A program made the position numbers and the translations under genes. Below, in pieces: positions 1 through 14,959 of a DNA stretch of 64,000 nt. A model generated the notes under the pieces. It worked only from the letters and a program-made list of their open reading frames with translations. It was not told the origin of the DNA and did no database searches. Source of the DNA: Hydrolagus affinis. Lineage: Eukaryota. How positions within the stretch are numbered: the stretch's first letter is position 1; every line of letters begins with the position of its first letter. The DNA is taken from the NCBI GenBank assembly GCA_012026655.1, contig JAAILG010000682.1, positions 1-64,000 of the forward strand, written 5' to 3'.

Positions 1-1183
1 CCCCACCCCCCCCCCACTCAATACACTCCACCGCGATTGCAATTTGCAAGGCAGCCTTTCCCACTGACCGCCGCTGATCAAATGGCTGATCCCAGCTCCT
101 CCACATCTGAGGCACTTTGGTTAAACTCTCCTCTCTCCCGCCTCAACAAACGCATCGTCGCCAAGCCAAAGTCAAAAGCGGTTGGCTGGTATTTTTATCT
201 TGACAAGATCCCAACGTCCATCCATTGTACCATTTGCTGCTTTTTTTTTATTCGTATGAGTCAGTCTGTGTGCGTGTCTGTGTCTGTGTGCGTGGAATAA
301 AAATAATGCAGAAAAAAAACACATCAATTCAGGTTCGTCCAAGAAAATGGTGCCGGATTACTGAATAATCCAGCTATTTTCTGTTGGGCAGTTTTAACAA
401 AATATGATTCAGAAGTTGTGATGCTTCTGCATGTGAGCTGAACTTGACTACACGTCTCTCCTTGTGTACGTGTGAAAATGCGTTGGCTTGCAGAATTGCA
501 TCTGCCTACCCCCCCCACCCCTCCTCCCCTCTGCCTTATACAGGAGGTGATTGACAGGCTAGGCTGGTGGCAGAGTGGACAGACAGCACACACATTGCTA
601 TGATTGCCCGCAATTGTCCCCCATCCTCTTCACAATCTGGAAAGGGACAGCCTCATTCTTAGTGGTAGCCAAGGCTCCGCTTCAATCTGATGCCCAGGGA
701 AGGTCATTGACTGACTGACTGACTGCAGAGACAGGCTTTTTCTGTTCTCTTCCATCTGTAGGCAGGCAGGCAGGCCCGCAGGGGACTGGAATACAGTCTC
801 CCAAAGTATTGAGGTCCTCGGTGGACAAATAGCGAGAGGAAGGGTAGCGGTTTGATTAGCCATCCGTTGCCTGCGAGGGGCCGAACTTCCAAGTGTCCAC
901 GAGATGTATTTTACTTTCGAAATCGAGCTTGGCGTTGACACAAACCCAGAGGTGCTCGAGATCTATTTTTAAACATTGTGAAAAATTCAAGAGGCCATTC
1001 TCTCTCGCACCAGCGGCTCTATCTATTTTCCAGACACACCTCTTGGACAATCTCTTACTTGAGCCCATTAGAAAGTGTCTCTTATCACTTGGGCGCAGAT
1101 AAAATCTGTAAGAACCCCTGTTTACAGCTCTAGTTAGCGTCTAAAGTTGTCTACAAAATGCACCTTACAGTAAGTAAGATCTC

Positions 1184-1365
1184 GTGAGGCTTTTCAGACA
1201 TCCACTCCACATCAAATGCAAGGATCGTTTATTATAATATAACGCCTTATCGAGATGTCTCAAGGCGCTTCACAGAATATAGTGTAAAGTGAATTGACGA
1301 TATTTTGTGGGCGAAACGCAGCAGCAAATTAATTGTGCACGGCCGTGTCCCACAAACAGTCATGG
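1184..1365. mobile_element. DeuSINE-like 3' fragments, tail-to-tail (+ tail 1184-1233; - copy about 1237-1365)
   Basis: Shares gcgcttcacagaatat...aaagtgaattgac...gtgggcgaaacgcagcagc...gtcccacaaacag with more than 10 other copies in the window. Confidence 0.75.
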
Positions 1366-2270
1366 TTTGATTGGTCACATTAAAAAAAATTACATATTGT
1401 ATATAATAACTTGAAACAATCTTCGCAGTAAGCTAGCAGCTATTTGCACTTTTGATTGTACAAAGGAAAAATCTGTGTTTTTGAAACACGAAACGATATT
1501 GGTAGTGCAGTAATTACATTTAGAGTTAATTTAATTGGAAGTAGAGGAGTACTGCATTAACTTGCATGCCCGAGATTCAACTGATGCAGGTGATGGATGG
1601 GAGACAAAGACACCATCCTGATATGCAGCTTCATTTAAGACAGCTTCTAATTAGAATTTATCTTTTGTCACTAACAAGGTTTAACACATTCTGCTCATAA
1701 ATTAAATAGAGGGACACGATCTCCCAGGAGTTCAGGTTGAAACCATGGGTTATTGACATTTTTAATTCTTAAGGTAATCACTAAGGCATTATGGCCCTGA
1801 CATAAGAATTCATGTGTAGCTACTGTTGTCCTGGTCTCTATTTGCACAGATCAAACGCATCCAGCCTGCATTGCTGAAGGGTGAGTGAAAAGATTTTGCT
1901 CAGCCCCTACAGTGGCGAGCAGTAAAATTCTGCCTCTCTCTTTGCACCGCACAAAGAGCTTTGATGTTTTTCCCATCAAATATACATGTGGAAGGACTTT
2001 GTAGGAATATCTGAGTCATGTTTAGTAATCAGGCTCCAAATGTCTTTATATAAAAAAAAGAGGGCATTTGGTATTTTGCTCAAAGAATAAATCAGTTTAT
2101 AAATTTATGACTGTTTAAAACATTCATAAATCTTGCTGTTTTAGTCAGGAGAGAGTGACTTACCATTATCTATTAAACAATGCAAAATGAGATTGTTTGT
2201 TGACATAAAACCACCATTTGTCTTTGCATAGAGAAAGCGGACAAATTGGGGATTCTGCATAAAGTCAAGC

Positions 2271-2462
2271 TGGCTTAGTTGGGAGCACTCTCCTTTTTGA
2301 GTCAGAAGATTATGGGTTCAAGCCTCAGATTGGGACATTGAGCTCATGGCTTGACTTGACACTTCAGTATAATGATGGGGGAGCTCCTGCGTTGTCAGAG
2401 GTTCTGTCCTTTGGATGAGATGTTAAACCGAATTCCTGTCTACCTGTTCAGATGGACTTTAA
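2271..2462 (+). mobile_element. SacSINE1/AmnSINE1-like SINE 5' part (tRNA-like head and Deu domain)
   Basis: A-box-like tggcttagttgg and B-box-like gggttcaagcc, followed by Deu-type ggatgagatgttaaaccga...cctgtctacctgttcagatggac. Family recognised from memory. Confidence 0.7.
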
Positions 2463-2568
2463 GAAGTGACTTGTCCAGTAATCCCCCAGATATAAAAAAA
2501 TGTTAATTCACTTCCAGAGAAATTCTTTTGAGTATACATACAGTTTTATATTTTTTTATTACAAATGA

Positions 2569-3318
<750 letters not shown>

Positions 3319-6148
3319 TAGATTTCATTTAGGCTGTGTGTGTACGTGTGTAAATAATTTAATCAGATTGATGGGACAAAATGCTATAAACAAGAGTAAT
3401 TAGATGACCCAGTGGGATAACATAACGTACCACAATGTGACCAATAACTTTGTCAGATCGAAAGGGTGGTGCATTGACCCACATAATGTAACTGAATAGG
3501 CAAAAGTGTTGGAAGCCACCGGATTTTCTTATAAATAGTTTTAAGCAGGATTACGTACTCGTCTTCGTTGATATTGGCTCTAAAAAAAAACCTAATAGGA
3601 TTGTTTATGAAAATCTAATTTGCTGGATGTTTCTGATTTGAATGTTATTGAAATGGTTGTCTTGAAACGTACTTGGTTCGGTGTAATCCTATACAATATG
3701 TTAATCCATTCTTGGCTTCAGTGCCAATCTCAAAGCCAAGTAATACTGCTACGAGACCACGGAGTCAATTTCATGTGGTTTTATATAGCTCACATGGTGA
3801 TATTTCATTGACTTCTGGCCCCACTCTTCTACACTCAAAGTGGCATGTCTCATACAATTTGAGTAACTAATTTTGTGAAGATGACATTTAAAACCGAAAC
3901 AGTTTCTGTAAGAAGGAGAGGATTGCAGAATTTTATCAGTGATAATGGCTCATACTCCAGAATTTTCAATGTTTCAATATACCTGTTGAGTTTTGATTTT
4001 AATAGATGCCTCGCAAGTGTATTGTGAATCAGAAGTATTTTTCTATTAGAAACTATATAGTTTCCATTTATAAGGTACATTAAAATTTAGCCAAATAATC
4101 TGTTCTCTACTAAACAATAATAATGCAGGATATGACCTTAAAATGAAATATAAATGGCATAAAACACAATTTTGACCACAAATAATATTTGTATTCCTTG
4201 GAGAGGTTCTTTTATGACCTGCTAATGGTTCTTGTTCATTAGCGCTTTAGAAAAAATGTTGTAACACTGATTTAAAAAAAACACATGAATTCTCAATCGG
4301 TAATATAGGCCCAATTAATATACATCTTCTAATTTAAAAAGGCTTGCATATGAATACCTTGAAGTTACAAAGAAGATCTTTTTTAGTGCCTCGTTGTTAA
4401 AGCCAATGCTTCTTAATCCCTTTGTGTGTTTTGAATTTCAATATAATGCTACAATTGAAATGTTAGATGGCCATTGTGTATATTTACAGCCCATCTATGA
4501 TCTGCCTGATTGTTCAAACTGATGGCACTGAAAAGGTTCCCAGGATATAGTTTAGGATTTTGCTCTAACATGGATTGATCAAGACAAACAGCAGGATAAT
4601 ACTTTTCCCTTTAGCCGTTTGCTAACTTTGTTGCTGCTACTTGCAATGGATGTGCGGAGGTAATCATTTGATAGGTTGCACTGGTTAGTGCACAGTGTAG
4701 ATGGAAGGACAGACAGACACACCCTGTTGCAAATCCTAAGAATAGAGACTCGGTTGAGAAACTAAGTCCAGGAGGTCACCAGGTCATAATTCTTGGCACT
4801 TTCTTTGAAAAGTGTAGAACTAGAGTGAATAGTTTGATTTAATGTTTTTTGTAACAGCATCTTAATTTATAGGATCGGATCACACTGGTGTGCTATTTGT
4901 TGAGAGAAATGATTTTCCATACAGCAATTTTACTACTAGTTATTGTATTGTAAGATTTATATAATGTATTATGTTACTATTATTTAATCGCCCATATTAT
5001 TTTTAAAAAGTTCAGCAGCTTATAGAACAGAAGTCCTATTCATTATGTTCAATACAGGGGAACTAGTAATATATGTTTCTGAAAGCCTGAGGGTCATTTT
5101 CTTATTGTCTTTATCCTGAAGTTAAAACAATATATCTTTTAAACCAAACGCATTATTGCAGTTGGGAAACTTTTTTTTGGTGGTGGGGGAGGGGGGGGGG
5201 GAAATTCCTCCATTGCTGTGTCAGAACTGACAAGACGTCACTGTAGGAGACCCTAGATTCTTCTCGTTTGATTCAAATGTGTCCTGGGCTTTGTGAATAG
5301 GAACGGCGTCTATTGTTTCTGCATGGGAGAACTGTGATGGGACAATTACCGAGCTGGGGTCAGGGGCCACTTACTTCCTCATCCATCTTCCTCCTGTCAT
5401 TGGAGGTCAGAATTAGATTGATTAAGATCTCATGGTGTGACAAAGGCCTGGCGAGCTGCAGTCGTGGGTGCTTTTTGTCATTGCAGTCTCTACGCTGGTC
5501 ATCTGCTAGGGCCTGGGACCACATGGGACAGAATTACATTTCCTCTTCCAGTTGTCCTCTTCAGTAGAATGTGTTAGCGGTTAGAAGAATGGGAAGGTTG
5601 CGAGGGACATAGTTGGAAGTTTCAAAGTGACAGACTGCCATTGTCTGCGCCACCTGCAAGTTCACATGAAAAGGGGACGAGGACGACCCGACAATTGTCC
5701 TCGCGAGAATATTTACTGGACTGGCAAGAGGGAGCAGAGTGCAATGATGTCATTGTGCTGCTGCTCATCACATCTTAAAGAATATATTTTATCCGTAAGA
5801 AATTTTACTCAACTTAAAAAAAAACAAAGCCAAGAAGGTAACCCAGAAACTGCATTGCAAAGAGGTCACGTCGAGGCAGATGCAACTCAAAAACTTTCTC
5901 TTGGCAGATAAAACAGTGCAACCTTCTGAGCAGGATGTTCTTAACAACAACATTGCAGGGAACTGAGACACTCTTAAAAAAAAATTCCCCACCGAGACAC
6001 CACTTGGCCCGTTTAAATGATTTCTAACTGAAAACAAATTCTCAGCAATGATTTTGTTAAATTTGGCATTTATTTTTAAAAAAAATTGTGAAGCTTTTCT
6101 GTTGGCCATTTGTTTTTCATACTTGTGGAAGTCTACTCCATTATTTAT

Positions 6149-6220
6149 TTATATATATTATATATATATATGTATATATATACACACATACACACACATA
6201 ATATATATATATGTGTACAT
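6149..6220. repeat. Compound (TA)/(CA) microsatellite
   Basis: Read directly. Confidence 0.9.
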
Positions 6221-9200
6221 AGAAGTATACTCCATTATACTCCAGTTGTTGCCTGTTAGCATCTGCAGACTATCTCCATGACCAGTTTCAATGACAAAAA
6301 CTGTCATGTTAATTAGGTTGGGCAATGTCCAGGTTAGCAGAACTGTTGTTGGGGCATGTTTACTTGTTTTGACATGTTCTGGGAAAAAAAAGGCAGCAAT
6401 CCACACACTACTAAATATGAATCACTGTGAGCACTGATAAGAGGGGTGGGGAACTGAAAGTGGTCAGACCAGCCAGATTTTCTGATTAGTATTTGCTGTT
6501 ATGAATTAAGTGCTTGCACAGATAAGCCATTAATTAAGCCATAATTATGGTAAGTTTGGAGTTTGTGTATTCAGCACAAATGGCTTTTAGAACAGCACTC
6601 GTCAAAAGACAAATGGGAGAATAAACTCTTAGCTTGGGTGTTTCCACACTTCTAAGGTCCCGTCATTTCATGACAAGTGTCTGGCAAAGCTTATTTGTGT
6701 ATATTTTATGTATATTTACATCAACATTTTGCTGATGATGCAAAATTGTGGTGAAATGCTAGTGTTGGTTTGGTGTGATGGAGACAGTAAGATACTGGTC
6801 TAACTTTTTCCTTCTTAAACAACAAAATTATTATTAAAATTCTCTCTTAAAAGGAAACTAAAGCTGTCACATCATTATAACCAACCACCTCTGCATTTCC
6901 AAGCTCTGTCTTTGAAATATTTAAAGATGGTTTAAGTATAATTCATTGTGGTTCTTTATTGTGGGGATTGAAAAGGAGGTGACCACATAGACTATAATTG
7001 TTTTTTAAACCTGTGAATCAGTGGAGCTTGTGTTTATTAAATGGCTTTAGATTGCTTAAGAAATCGAGTGTGTTGACTGCTGTTTTCAAAGTAAACGTTG
7101 CTTTAAAAATGATGCAAGCTGAGAAAGAAGCCAATGGACACAAGTACATGGGATGCATAAGAAGAACACTTGTGTGTTTTTTTTAACTGTCAATCACCAC
7201 TGGGTGTTAAAACAGTGTCATCATCAGAATGAAATTCTCATTTGTCTCTTCTAATGAATGAACATTGTCAACTGATCAGCCAGCTTTCCCTTTTGCATAC
7301 ATCAGCTTTCTCATTTGCAGAATCTGTATATAGCTCTATGCAAAATAATACGCCCGTTTCCTTTTCCACAAAGGAGAGCAGCTTCCTTTGTAAATTGTTG
7401 CCCAAACTGTTCACACAGAAAATTGTATAATTTGGGTTTTATGCCACTCGGACTATTTATCTACAGAGTCATTGTTTCAGCAATGCTCGGATTTATAATC
7501 AGGCAGAGGGCAAATGGGAGAAAAGCTGGGGTCCTCCACAGACAAACTGCTTTTCTTTGAGTCCCACTTGTGTAACTTTGATTTCCAATCCTAGACCGTC
7601 ATTCTCTATGTGTGTTGTTGAAGATAATGTGCCACATGCATGCAAATCATAACCTGTAAAGGTTGCAATTTTCACCCCGTTTCAAACCTTGAGCAAGTTA
7701 ATTCCATTTGATTCCACATTGTGTAAATCAAGGTGAAGTATTCCGGATCCGAATGAAGCAAACAAAGCTTTCTCATATAAATTGAGTTGTGGTTGGATTT
7801 TGCTGCTGTGTAGTTGGCAGACAAAGACCGGTGTTATTGCTCACTTTAATGATGCAGATAATCCAATTTGTTTTATTGGTTCCAAATTAAATGCAATAAC
7901 TAACAATTGTGCTCTACGAGGATTATAAAACATTCTTAAGTTACTTTAATTTATAGGGCAGTGGCAGACCAAACATGGTCCACAGTGCTGGAGAAAAGTA
8001 TAATGAACCTGATTGCAAAGCATGTTTCACTGCCAGTTTAATAACTATTAGTGTCCGGAATTGGGTTGGAGAGTGAATAAATGTGCATCTTTAGCAACAA
8101 AACCAATTGCCAATAGCGTTTTTTTTGCCAGCATTTTACAGCCCCTTTTTTCCATGGTTTGTTTCTGTGAAAAGGAGGAGCGTCACAGAGGCTGCCCAAT
8201 CGAGTGCCAAGTGTTGTTCTAACAGTCTGATCCCCTGCCGTTTACCATTTGACTATGTTCTGACATGGCTCCAGATCGTCTCTTTGTTTCCTTTTGCTAC
8301 AGGGTCAGAGGCTAACAGAAAACTTATTTCACCCCTCTCTTGTTATTTCTGGAGATGGATAAATACGTCTGGATTCAATACTTTTTCAAGATTGAATTGA
8401 ACTTGGATTGAAACATATAAATCTGTCTTCATTTGGCAGAGGAGTTTTAGGTCTGCATTTACTCTTTTGACCACTCAAGACAAAAATGATACAGAAATAA
8501 ATGAAAATTTAATTGTTACAAGAATTGATTTAATGTGCAATTGTATGTTTGTTAATTTGCAGTTGAGGGGGGAGCTCAAAACGAATTCATATGAAGGTAC
8601 TTTAGAATTATATTTCAACCGAATTTTGATTGAGATGCTGTAAACAAAATGTTTTTAATTATTCCTCGTCCTCTTATCTCAAACTAACATTATAGTTCTA
8701 CAAACTTTGCCCAAATGTTTGTGGATACAAACAAATCAATGTATGGGTTTGGATTGAAAAACCTTTCACCATAGATGATACATTCATGACATGATTTAGT
8801 TAATATAGTCCCCGCTGTTAATTAGAGTCTTGAAAGCTTCTTGGCTCAACACATTAAAAGGTGCAAAATGAAACTTGGGCACTTCCTCTGCTGTCAGAGG
8901 GGTGACTCGAAAACACTAGGAAAATAATGATTTACGAGATAAATAGTCTTACATTTTCCAGCCAATGAACTTGACATTTGAATTTGTCTGAAAGTAAGTG
9001 CACTTCAGTTGAAAGAGACATCCCCATCTTTTGGGGGGAAAGAACGCCTCCTTTTTGAAGCGTGCCTGTATGGGAGAGTAATTAAAGCAGTCACTGAGCA
9101 AATTAGCATGTCAAAGGCTTTGAATCAATACCGCGAGTTTTTTTTGTGCCCTGGATTCAGTGGGAAGAGCCTGAGAAGCACTAGGAAGCAACTGACAGCT

Positions 9201-9781
9201 GTGCCAATGTTCACAAGGGGCTGTTGGTGGTGGTACAGACGCAGACAGCTTGATCCAGCAGCAAAGCTAATCCCGAAGATGACCAGGGCAGATTAGTTGA
9301 AAACGACTTCAAAAGAAACCAATGGCCTCAATAGCACAAAGTTTTCCTTGTATTTTCCAGAGAGGATTGTGAAGGAAAAGTGCCGAAAGCAAATCAAGCG
9401 ATCAGTATGATGCCACAAGAAGATGCGGCTCATATTAAATATTTACCCCCGTTCACCTTTTGTAATGGAAAAAGAATTAAATGGGACAGACCAGCTTTTG
9501 ACAAAGGGCCAGATGTATTATTATTCCGAGCGAACAAACAATGGCTGCGTTTGTTGGAAGTTTTCCTTTGGTTTTCTTGTAGTTGTACAAAAGTTCACTT
9601 TCAAAGGCACAAATGTACCATTTGGACGGTGTCAACTAATTTAGGTTTTCGAAGATGCCTCCTGCAAACATAGACGCTGTCAATCTTTCATCAGTCCCCT
9701 CTGCAACAGATTACCCTGATTTTATCCTGTATTTGTTCGCTGAACCGTTTACCCACAGTGTGCACTGGAGCCAGTGGTCAC

Positions 9782-9782
<1 letters not shown>

Positions 9783-9820
<38 letters not shown>

Positions 9821-9880
9821 CAAACTTACATTCATATTGCGCCTTTCACGTCAAGAGGACATCCCAAGGGAAGTGCGCCA
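9783..9880 (-). mobile_element. L2-type tail fragment with (TCAA)9 microsatellite at its 3' end
   Basis: (TCAA)n at 9783-9820, then ttacattcatattgcgcctttcacgtcaagaggacatcccaagg, the reverse complement of the 21130-21200 tail. Confidence 0.7.
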
Positions 9881-9994
9881 TATTTTAGATGTTAGATGTT
9901 TCTTTTGGTCATTTTTAACAAAACAAAATGATCTATATGTACTAAGAGGACTGTTAGCTATTTGATGCACTGCCCACTCCAACATCCACTGCCT

Positions 9995-10263
9995 TCACTC
10001 GGCTGGCTCCGTCCTCCTGCCCCCCCCCGTTCCACCATCGATGGTCGTACCTTCAGCCAATACGCCCCAAAGCTCTGGAGCTCTATCAATCGCTCTACCT
10101 TGTCCCCTTTCTCTATTCTTTCAAATCCCGCCAAAGACCTTTCTTTTTGATTGTACTTACAGTCACCTCCCTCTCTCCCTGGCTTGTTGTCAGACTCTGC
10201 TACTGTGAAGCTCTTTGGGATGCTACCACGCATGATCACCGCTATGTAAATGCAAGTTGTTGT
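9995..10263 (+). mobile_element. L2 LINE 3' end remnant
   Basis: Translates GRTFSQYAPKLWSS, resembling the L2 ORF2 C-terminus G-R-FS--AP-LWNSLP. Ends tgtgaagctctttgggatg...gctatgtaaatgcaagttgttg. Confidence 0.7.
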
Positions 10264-13200
10264 CGGCCATTGCAGCTGTTCCAAGGAGAGATATCACTCA
10301 GGGTTGATACTGGGATGTACACATGAATGAACGTTGGGTGAGGACAGGCTTGGGCTGAATTGCCACTCCTGCCAAAAAGTTCATAACGTGTAGAACAGTC
10401 ACTTAGCAAAACACCGCAACCCATTATATAGCGCTGCAGGAGAAAGGGAGAAAATTCCCCTGAAAAACTGAAGTTCTATTTCGTAATAGATCCTGCAGCT
10501 GCTTGGAACACTGTAAACTTAGATCATTATAAAGTAATTTTTAAAAAAAACGAAATTGTTTCACGTGCTGTTTCTGGACTGATACACTGGTTCATTCTCA
10601 CCGCAGTACAACTTCACTGCAAGTCGATATTGCTGTAGTCGACGTACTGTATTTGTGCAAATTAGCAGCTGTGCAAATGGGATAAACTGTCTCTGTGTAT
10701 ATATGCCCAATTGGTTGATTATAAAACTCAATGCACCTGAGTTAAAATTAGCAAACCACAATTAATGTCTCCCGTTTCCTACTGAAATGATGGGAATAAA
10801 TAATGGGAAACGGTCAAATATCAACACGCGTAGGATACGGTCCAGGAAATGAAATTCCTGCCTGCTCTTATCAGACAGGCATGTCACATTTCTGTCTATG
10901 ATAGGAACAATACACTGCAGTTAACAAGTGTTGCGACTTAACTGGATTTTATCGCTTCTGTTTAGCTGTTCATTCCAAGAGGCGAAGACTTCTGTAGTTC
11001 AGAATGGCTTTCAAAGAATAATGTTGCTACACAGAGTGCTTTAGATTGAAAAAGCACCAGATTTAATCAGTACTGGTTGCTTTTGGAAACACATGCTGAT
11101 AAAGTACATTTGCTTGTCTGCAGAGATGTAAGTGCCTGTTGGTAGAGAAGCTAATTTCAAAGGAATTCTGACATGAAGGCAGCTGTTAGGTGACATTTAT
11201 ATGTTATCAAAAATACAATCTGATTTTTTGGCAGAAGAACATTCGCATAACGTTGCAGTGATTGTTTTATTAAAATGTTCGACAATTTTCATACCTTTTT
11301 ATCTGTCGTTTGACTTTGGTCATATTCAGATCTTAAACAAAAACATCTGAAGGAAGTTAATGTATTTCTGAAGTATCTTGGACTCGATTGAAAGAAATGT
11401 ACAGTGGAAGATTTTGCTCCTACATTGGTGAAAAATTTGTTGAGATCAGTCGTAACTTTGAAGCTCGTTTTCTGTAATCCTTAAAAGAAACTACAGAAAG
11501 TTCCACTTAAGATTTTGCCAAATTTTGTACACTTTGAGATGTTACATTAATGGAATAAATAAATAAAGACCCAGGTGGAATTTTCTTTTTACTCATTCAA
11601 GTCAATATGACAACAGATAACAATAATTTGAAGAACACTTTTTTTTCCCCCACAAAGGTCATTGTTAAGTGAAAAAGAATTACAACAGCTTCCAAACAGC
11701 ATCGGCGAATCATGTGTGTGTTTTTTTTTGCAAGGTACAAAGTTCTAAGGAAACACTGCACAGAGTTGGCAAGTTTCTCGAGTCCTCTATCGCTATAAGT
11801 GCTGTCATTTTACAGCATTCCCATCGCAGCAGTTTTGAGTGCGCTTTGCTCTGCAAATTTCAGCGCTGGAGGCGGCCGTTTGATAAACTACCCTTTGTTT
11901 GGCCTGAGTTTGCCCTCTGAAATGCAAACACATTTATGCCAATCACAATTCCATTTATAAATGTCAGTATGACAGAACAGAGAGGATTCTCTGTTTGCCA
12001 TCTCATGTTCTGGAAGAGACTTCTATAAGTTAATTATAGTTCCATTGTTTTGCTTCCCCTCCACAATGAGTAATGAATTTACATGCCAACCGAGAGAGAG
12101 AAAGAGAAAAAAAATGGCTTTTGAGTTTGAAAGTGAATGCATCTGTTAAAACGTTAAGAAATTCTGTGTGTATTCTGCAACAGAATGAAGCATTTATCAT
12201 TCTCCCAGCCTTATTTACCTGAGATTCTGCATCAATGCATCACATTTTTTTTGAGATGGCTTTTTACAAAAAGAGGTTTACAAAAGAGGTTCTTGTGCTG
12301 TAAATGGACCATTTGTAAATTCTCCCCACACAATGCCAGATTAGTATCTTTTACTGGTGACATAATTCTGTAGCTCGGTATCATGTTTTCAGCACAAGAA
12401 ACAATAAAGAGAAGCTACCAGCAAAGTATAAATCATTTCACTTTAGTATCCCAAATCTCTCAAATGATGGTGTTTAGTGTGTAATTGCTTTTCGCAGCAG
12501 GAAGATTTTTACCTGTGAATCCACAGTACTCCCATTTGGGGCAAAAAGCACATATGGTAACTGAATTGGAAAGATTGTAATTGGTCCTTCATGCAGGCAA
12601 ATTGGATGAGTGTGAAAGGTTAGTGAATAGCAATCCAGGGATATCTATATACAACTATTTCCTCTGTAGAAGTCTTAGCTCTTGCCTGGAAATCAATAAA
12701 CTGGTTTGTAAATGGGTTTTATGTGATAAATGAAACATTCCAGATACAATGCCAATGAGGATTGGAAGTCTAGCTAAAATATATCCTGCCATTACACTAT
12801 ATACCATAAGTGCTATTTGTAACGGGAATCAATATGATCAGTAATCTTTGATAATCCCGAAAAGCATAGGAACCCAAACCAAACTATTTTTCTATTTGAT
12901 TCGGTGGAGAGCTGCCTGCTTTGCAGTAATATGAATCAACATAATAAATATGCTATCTTTTCTCCCTGGATTCAATTTGACTGACTTCCCATCCAGATTA
13001 CAAGGTCAATATTATTGCCATCTGTTGATAACCAAACCCAGATTAGTTTAAAAAATAACTTGCGAGTTGATTATGAGCTGAATGAAGTATGTGTTGTGCA
13101 GCGGAGGGGAAGAATCCTTAAACCCCTTGTTTCTGCATTATTTGTGTACAAATATCGTGCTTCGTCAATTTCCAACTGGATTCATGCTTCCACGGCAACA

Positions 13201-14920
13201 AATTAACCTTAGTGTTTTGTTACATTTGCAACACAAAAGTGTGTACAAATGATATGTGTTAAAAGTTTCATGGCACCTGTCCAAATGAGGATGTTCAAAT
13301 ATTGTTCATTGCAAAAATGAAGCTTGAATGGCTTATGAATATAATTCAGATCCTGAGATTGCATTACAGCCTTCACTTCTCCCTCACACATATTTCCTGT
13401 TTTATACAATACAGCAGTTTGCAGTTTATGTCATTTTTTTTGCTCTGGCAATGGTATAGCAAGTACTATAACATGAATGCATTCAGCAGACCGTTGGACT
13501 GTTTTAGGTAACCTGTCGTAGCAATTTAGGAAGTAGACATAATTTCCTTCACTACAGTGGTAACTACAGTTTATCAGTTTTTTGAAAGCAATATTACCCT
13601 AGCTGAGTTGAGGGAAGACATCAGTATAATTTTGTCGATGAGACTGCCTGACATGATTATGATTTAGTATTTTGCTTTTCGTCCAATTCAATAGTTTTTA
13701 TGCTTAAAACTGCAAAATAGTGTTGAGCAGGATAAGTGACTGTGGTACAAGGGTTCAGAGTGGGAGTTCTCTATAGCAGGTTTATGCTTTGCAGGTGGAT
13801 AGAGATTGTCAAAGCCATCATTAGCTCACAGTATACCTGGCGGAAAGGACCAAGGCAAGACTACTTACTCTGTTTTATGGCAGTGCTAACACATATGAAA
13901 TTCCATCAGCTAGGAATGTTTGTATGAAGCAGAAAGACGGCTTTTGCATCGTCAAGAAACAAGGTCCATTAGGCAACTTTTATTTGTTGAAAATGGCTTT
14001 CCAGCATATGGAGGAAAGGCATCATCAAAAGCTCCATATATTCTTATTGTCTTTGGCACAAATATCTTGTTTCCAGGCTGAGTTGAAAGTGATTTGCTTC
14101 AGGAGCAAAATGCTCCTGACACAAATTCAATTTACACCACATTGAAATTGGGTGCATTTTCCCCGAATAGACTTTTGCCGGGATATATGTACAGTCGGCG
14201 ACTTTTGATTATTAAAAAAAACCTTTTTGCTGACTAATATCAATGTTTATTTTACTTCTATTATTTGTTCAATCTTTAAGCAATCATTTCAACTGCAAAA
14301 GTGGCCTCTGTGGACATCAGTTACTGCGCGCCGCGCAATCTTAGACAACTCTGCAGATGGTGACCTTGTGACCCAGGAGTCAGCTATCTTTACAGTTCAA
14401 ACCCAGCATAAAGTTTACTTTTAACTAATGATAGGAATTCATTTCTCGTGAATTGGGAGAAAAGTGGCCGATTTTTAGCAAATAAAATTGGAAACCGGAA
14501 AGCCTAGAATCCATGAATGCGTCAGAGCCCTTTGGCAATGATGTCGACTTCAGGCTGGTAAACCTGTTTTGCTTGTCATCATTCTGCGAACCATAAATGT
14601 CAACTCACGCTAGTATATCCTTTTGACTAGAAGAACAATCGCAAGCTTCTGAAGTGGAAGTTACGAAATGATATTCCAAAGTTCTCAGAATTGAGCCGCA
14701 CCTTTCGTTTAGCCAAAAAAAAGGAAGCTTCACGATCAATAAAACTGTTGCAATGCATGGGTTTTATCTACAATGCACATCCTATACTACGCCTCCTTAA
14801 CTACGCCTCACTCATTGACTTAATATATGTACCAGGATATATATTACGAATCCTGTGGTTGGATTTTGAATGCACTGCTTCCTCCAGAATTCCGTAGAAA
14901 AGTACCATTCTTCAAAGGCA

Positions 14921-14959
14921 CGGCCTCCGTTTATAGCCCCGGCCTCCGTTTATAGCCCC
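14921..14959. repeat. Perfect tandem duplication, 19-bp unit ggcctccgtttatagcccc
   Basis: Read directly. Confidence 0.9.
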
